A stretch of DNA of 64,000 nt from Podarcis melisellensis. Taxonomy: Eukaryota. Each line of letters starts with the position of its first letter. Position 1 is the first letter of the stretch. The translations under genes were made by a program, and so were the position numbers. Below the pieces are notes generated by a model, which saw nothing but the letters and a program-made list of their open reading frames with translations, was not told where the DNA came from and did not search any database. The DNA is taken from assembly GCA_964234715.1 (NCBI GenBank), contig OZ174282.1. The stretch is one strand, 5' to 3'. Shown here one piece after another: positions 61,501-64,000 of this stretch.

Positions 61501-63685
61501 TTAAAACCTCCACTAACAATAGAATTGCAAACTATTCATCTAGAATTAGTGGACAGGGATGGGAGGACAGTTAGGAGAGGTGATGGACCAAGAACCTTCC
61601 CCAAATGGTTAGCCAGTAAATCCCATTACCTCGGCTGCTGCTCTCTCCAGGTGCCCCTATTGGCTTTTCACTGGTAACTCAAAAGGTTGGAATATGTGGC
61701 TCAAAGAGACTGCAAGTTGCTGACACATCATGTCAACAGAACAGGATTTGTTAATGTCAAACTAGTATGCCACTCTAGTTTATCATAGGCACCCACAAAA
61801 GCACACCTAGCTTTTTTATTGTTGCTCTAAGCAGGATTATACTGATTTCTAACTGCAGTGGTTTGCTTTCCCATCATGTTGTCAGACTGTGGAACCACTG
61901 GGCATTATCCAGTCACATTGCAAGCCTCATAGAAACAACCAACATGACATCAAATCCTTTTGACACACTTAGTAAGATGATTTTTTTAAAAATCCAAAAC
62001 AGGTCACATGAATACAAAACTGCATACAACCCTTTCTGATCTTGGCTGTTCTTCCATTCCTTTCGTTGTCCTAACCCTGATTTGGTATGCAGCCCATGGG
62101 GCGGTCATGCCTGCTGGCAAACAAAGGGAATTGGAAATCAGCATTACATTTGAACTCTCTCCCACCCCTTTGCTTTATTGATGCCCATAAGGCTGGACAT
62201 AGTGACCACTCTCTCCCCCCCCCCCCTTTATTCTGAGTCCCCTTTGCCCAAAGAGAGAGAAGCTTAGAATGCAGTCAAAGCATTATCGTCTGGCACTTTG
62301 TGAGATACCATATTCCTCATTTTTCTCATTTCAAATGCGCAGGATTTCTCCCTCTTGTTTCAAAATCCCAACTCCTAAAATGTCACCCAGGACCCTGTAG
62401 CTCAGATCCTTGCAACTCGACAGCTGGAATTTACTGCTTCCCACTGAGTCAATTGGGTTTTCTTTACTCCTCTCTATTTCTCTCACTTGTGCTGGAGCCT
62501 CACGCTTTGGGGCCGGACGTCCCAGCTGCGATCATGCTTATGCTTAGCTGTCATTGCGACAAAGAAGACTGTAGCAGGGTGTGTACTTTGGTGAGGATGC
62601 TAAGTGTTCCCCAATATATTCAATACAATGGGTGGGGCTGCAGCCCTCACCGATATTGCTGAACTACATATCCCATCTTCCCAAACAGTTGCCCATCAGG
62701 AGGGCCACATCTCCCCGCACCATGTCCTAAGGACAAGGTTCTGACAGTGGTAGGGGCTATTCCTGCACAGGTTCTGTGTCAGCCACTGAATGCAGTGGAC
62801 TCTGAGACGGAAAAGTCAACTCCCCCCCCCCAAAAGAAGAATACTAGATGCTTCCTAGGACTGTTGCATCAGTCCAGTGGACTGTCATTTCTAATTCTGT
62901 CTGGAGCCATGACTGTTCTGGGATAACCCCATCCCCATCTTTGGTGAAGTCTTACTTGAATATACTAAGACCTTTTCAGCAGCTATGCACAGCTACGAGA
63001 CTCTGCAAGCAAGGAAAGAGCTTAACTCAAGAGCTTAACTTCATCCCCACCATGCTGCTAATGCTGCTGTGTTTCAGCCCCATTGCCTTATCCACCAGGT
63101 TAAACAATTCTCAATCACTCTACCTTTGTACAATGCAAGGAGGAAGAATCAACCTGGCTTCCCTGTTTTTCACCTAGTCTGCTTTGCATTTTTTTTGTTT
63201 GCTGCTTGGGGAGTAATAAGTCCTTTCAGTGCCTGGCGACTTGCAAATAACCCTGGAGAGTCTGTCCTGTCCCTCACCTCCTCCTCCTGACTCCCCATGA
63301 TGGCTTTTATGCTCCCCAGCTTTATAAGTGGTTCTTTTATGCCTTTCTTACAATTGAAAGGAAACCCCAAACAAACAAGGGGGACAACAACAGCAGAGAG
63401 AGAGAGTGGGTAGAATGCTTGGTAATCCAGTACTGCCAGCAACTATTGCAGGGAAATCCAGAGTTAAGAGCAGAAAAGCCAGGCAAGTGAACAGGCTGCC
63501 CTCACCTCATCTCACCCTGCGGTGCTGAAAACTCTTCCTGGTGCCTGGTGTTCCCTATCAAATGTGCTTGATTAGTTGGTCGCTAGAGGGTGAGTTGAGG
63601 ACAGCCTCTTTTGCTTGGAGTTGCATGCTGAGCTTGAAGTTTAAACCACCACCACCCCTTTTTGAGTTATCAAAAGTGCTGCATA

Positions 63686-63822
63686 AACAGTGTTCTTTAA
63701 CCTTGTGTCCCCAGTTGTGGGACTACAAATCCCATCATCCACAAACATTTTAGCCTCAATTGTCAAGGGCCATGGGAGTTGTAGTCCACCCTCATCTGGG
63801 GACCCAAAGTTGAAGAACACTG
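63686..63822. mobile_element. Short hAT-like palindromic MITE
   Basis: cagtgttctttaacctt / aagttgaagaacactg TIRs; gtgggactacaaatcccat / atgggagttgtagtccac interior. Confidence 0.75.
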
Positions 63823-64000
63823 ACTTAGAAGATGCTGGGCATCATACTGTAAATGAGCAGCTAACCTTACTTGGACCGACAAGTGCGAAGCTTTTAAATC
63901 ACATGCAGAGAATTTGCTTTCCAACATCTGTTTCATCTTGGTGTTTTGCATCTGCACACTTTTTCATTTCAAAGATGCGTAGCGGAACTTGGAGGAGGCA

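Noticed and set aside
1325-63957. Remaining short ORFs in the six-frame track
   Set aside because: Random-length ORFs, many with non-ATG starts or derived from repeats; none resembles a protein I recognise apart from the CR1, L2 and L1 remnants

Overview
Vertebrate, squamate and most likely lacertid-lizard non-coding DNA, judged from Sauria SINEs with (ACCTTT)n tails and typical lizard CR1/L2/MITE content. There is one 148-N assembly gap. I recognise no host protein-coding exon. The window looks like the interior of a very large intron, probably transcribed on the + strand; this is an inference from + strand splice-signal candidates and antisense L1-type inserts. Main contents: (1) a young 5'-truncated L1 with an intact 385-codon ORF2 tail and a 17-bp TSD; (2) four Sauria SINEs; (3) many tRNA-derived and CORE-like SINE remnants and CR1/L2 3' ends; (4) five Tigger/pogo-like MITEs, several hAT MITEs and a short palindromic MITE family. 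Two things stand out. One is a 1.9-kb TA-flanked Tc2/pogo-like non-autonomous element (27421-29311) filled with two GC-rich tandem arrays (105 bp x ~5 and 240 bp x 4) built almost entirely from hairpins. The other is a candidate recursive splice site, CAG|GTAAGT, after a 95-nt AG-free pyrimidine-rich tract at 15907/15908. Family names come from recalled sequence hallmarks, not database searches. Boundaries of old repeats are approximate.
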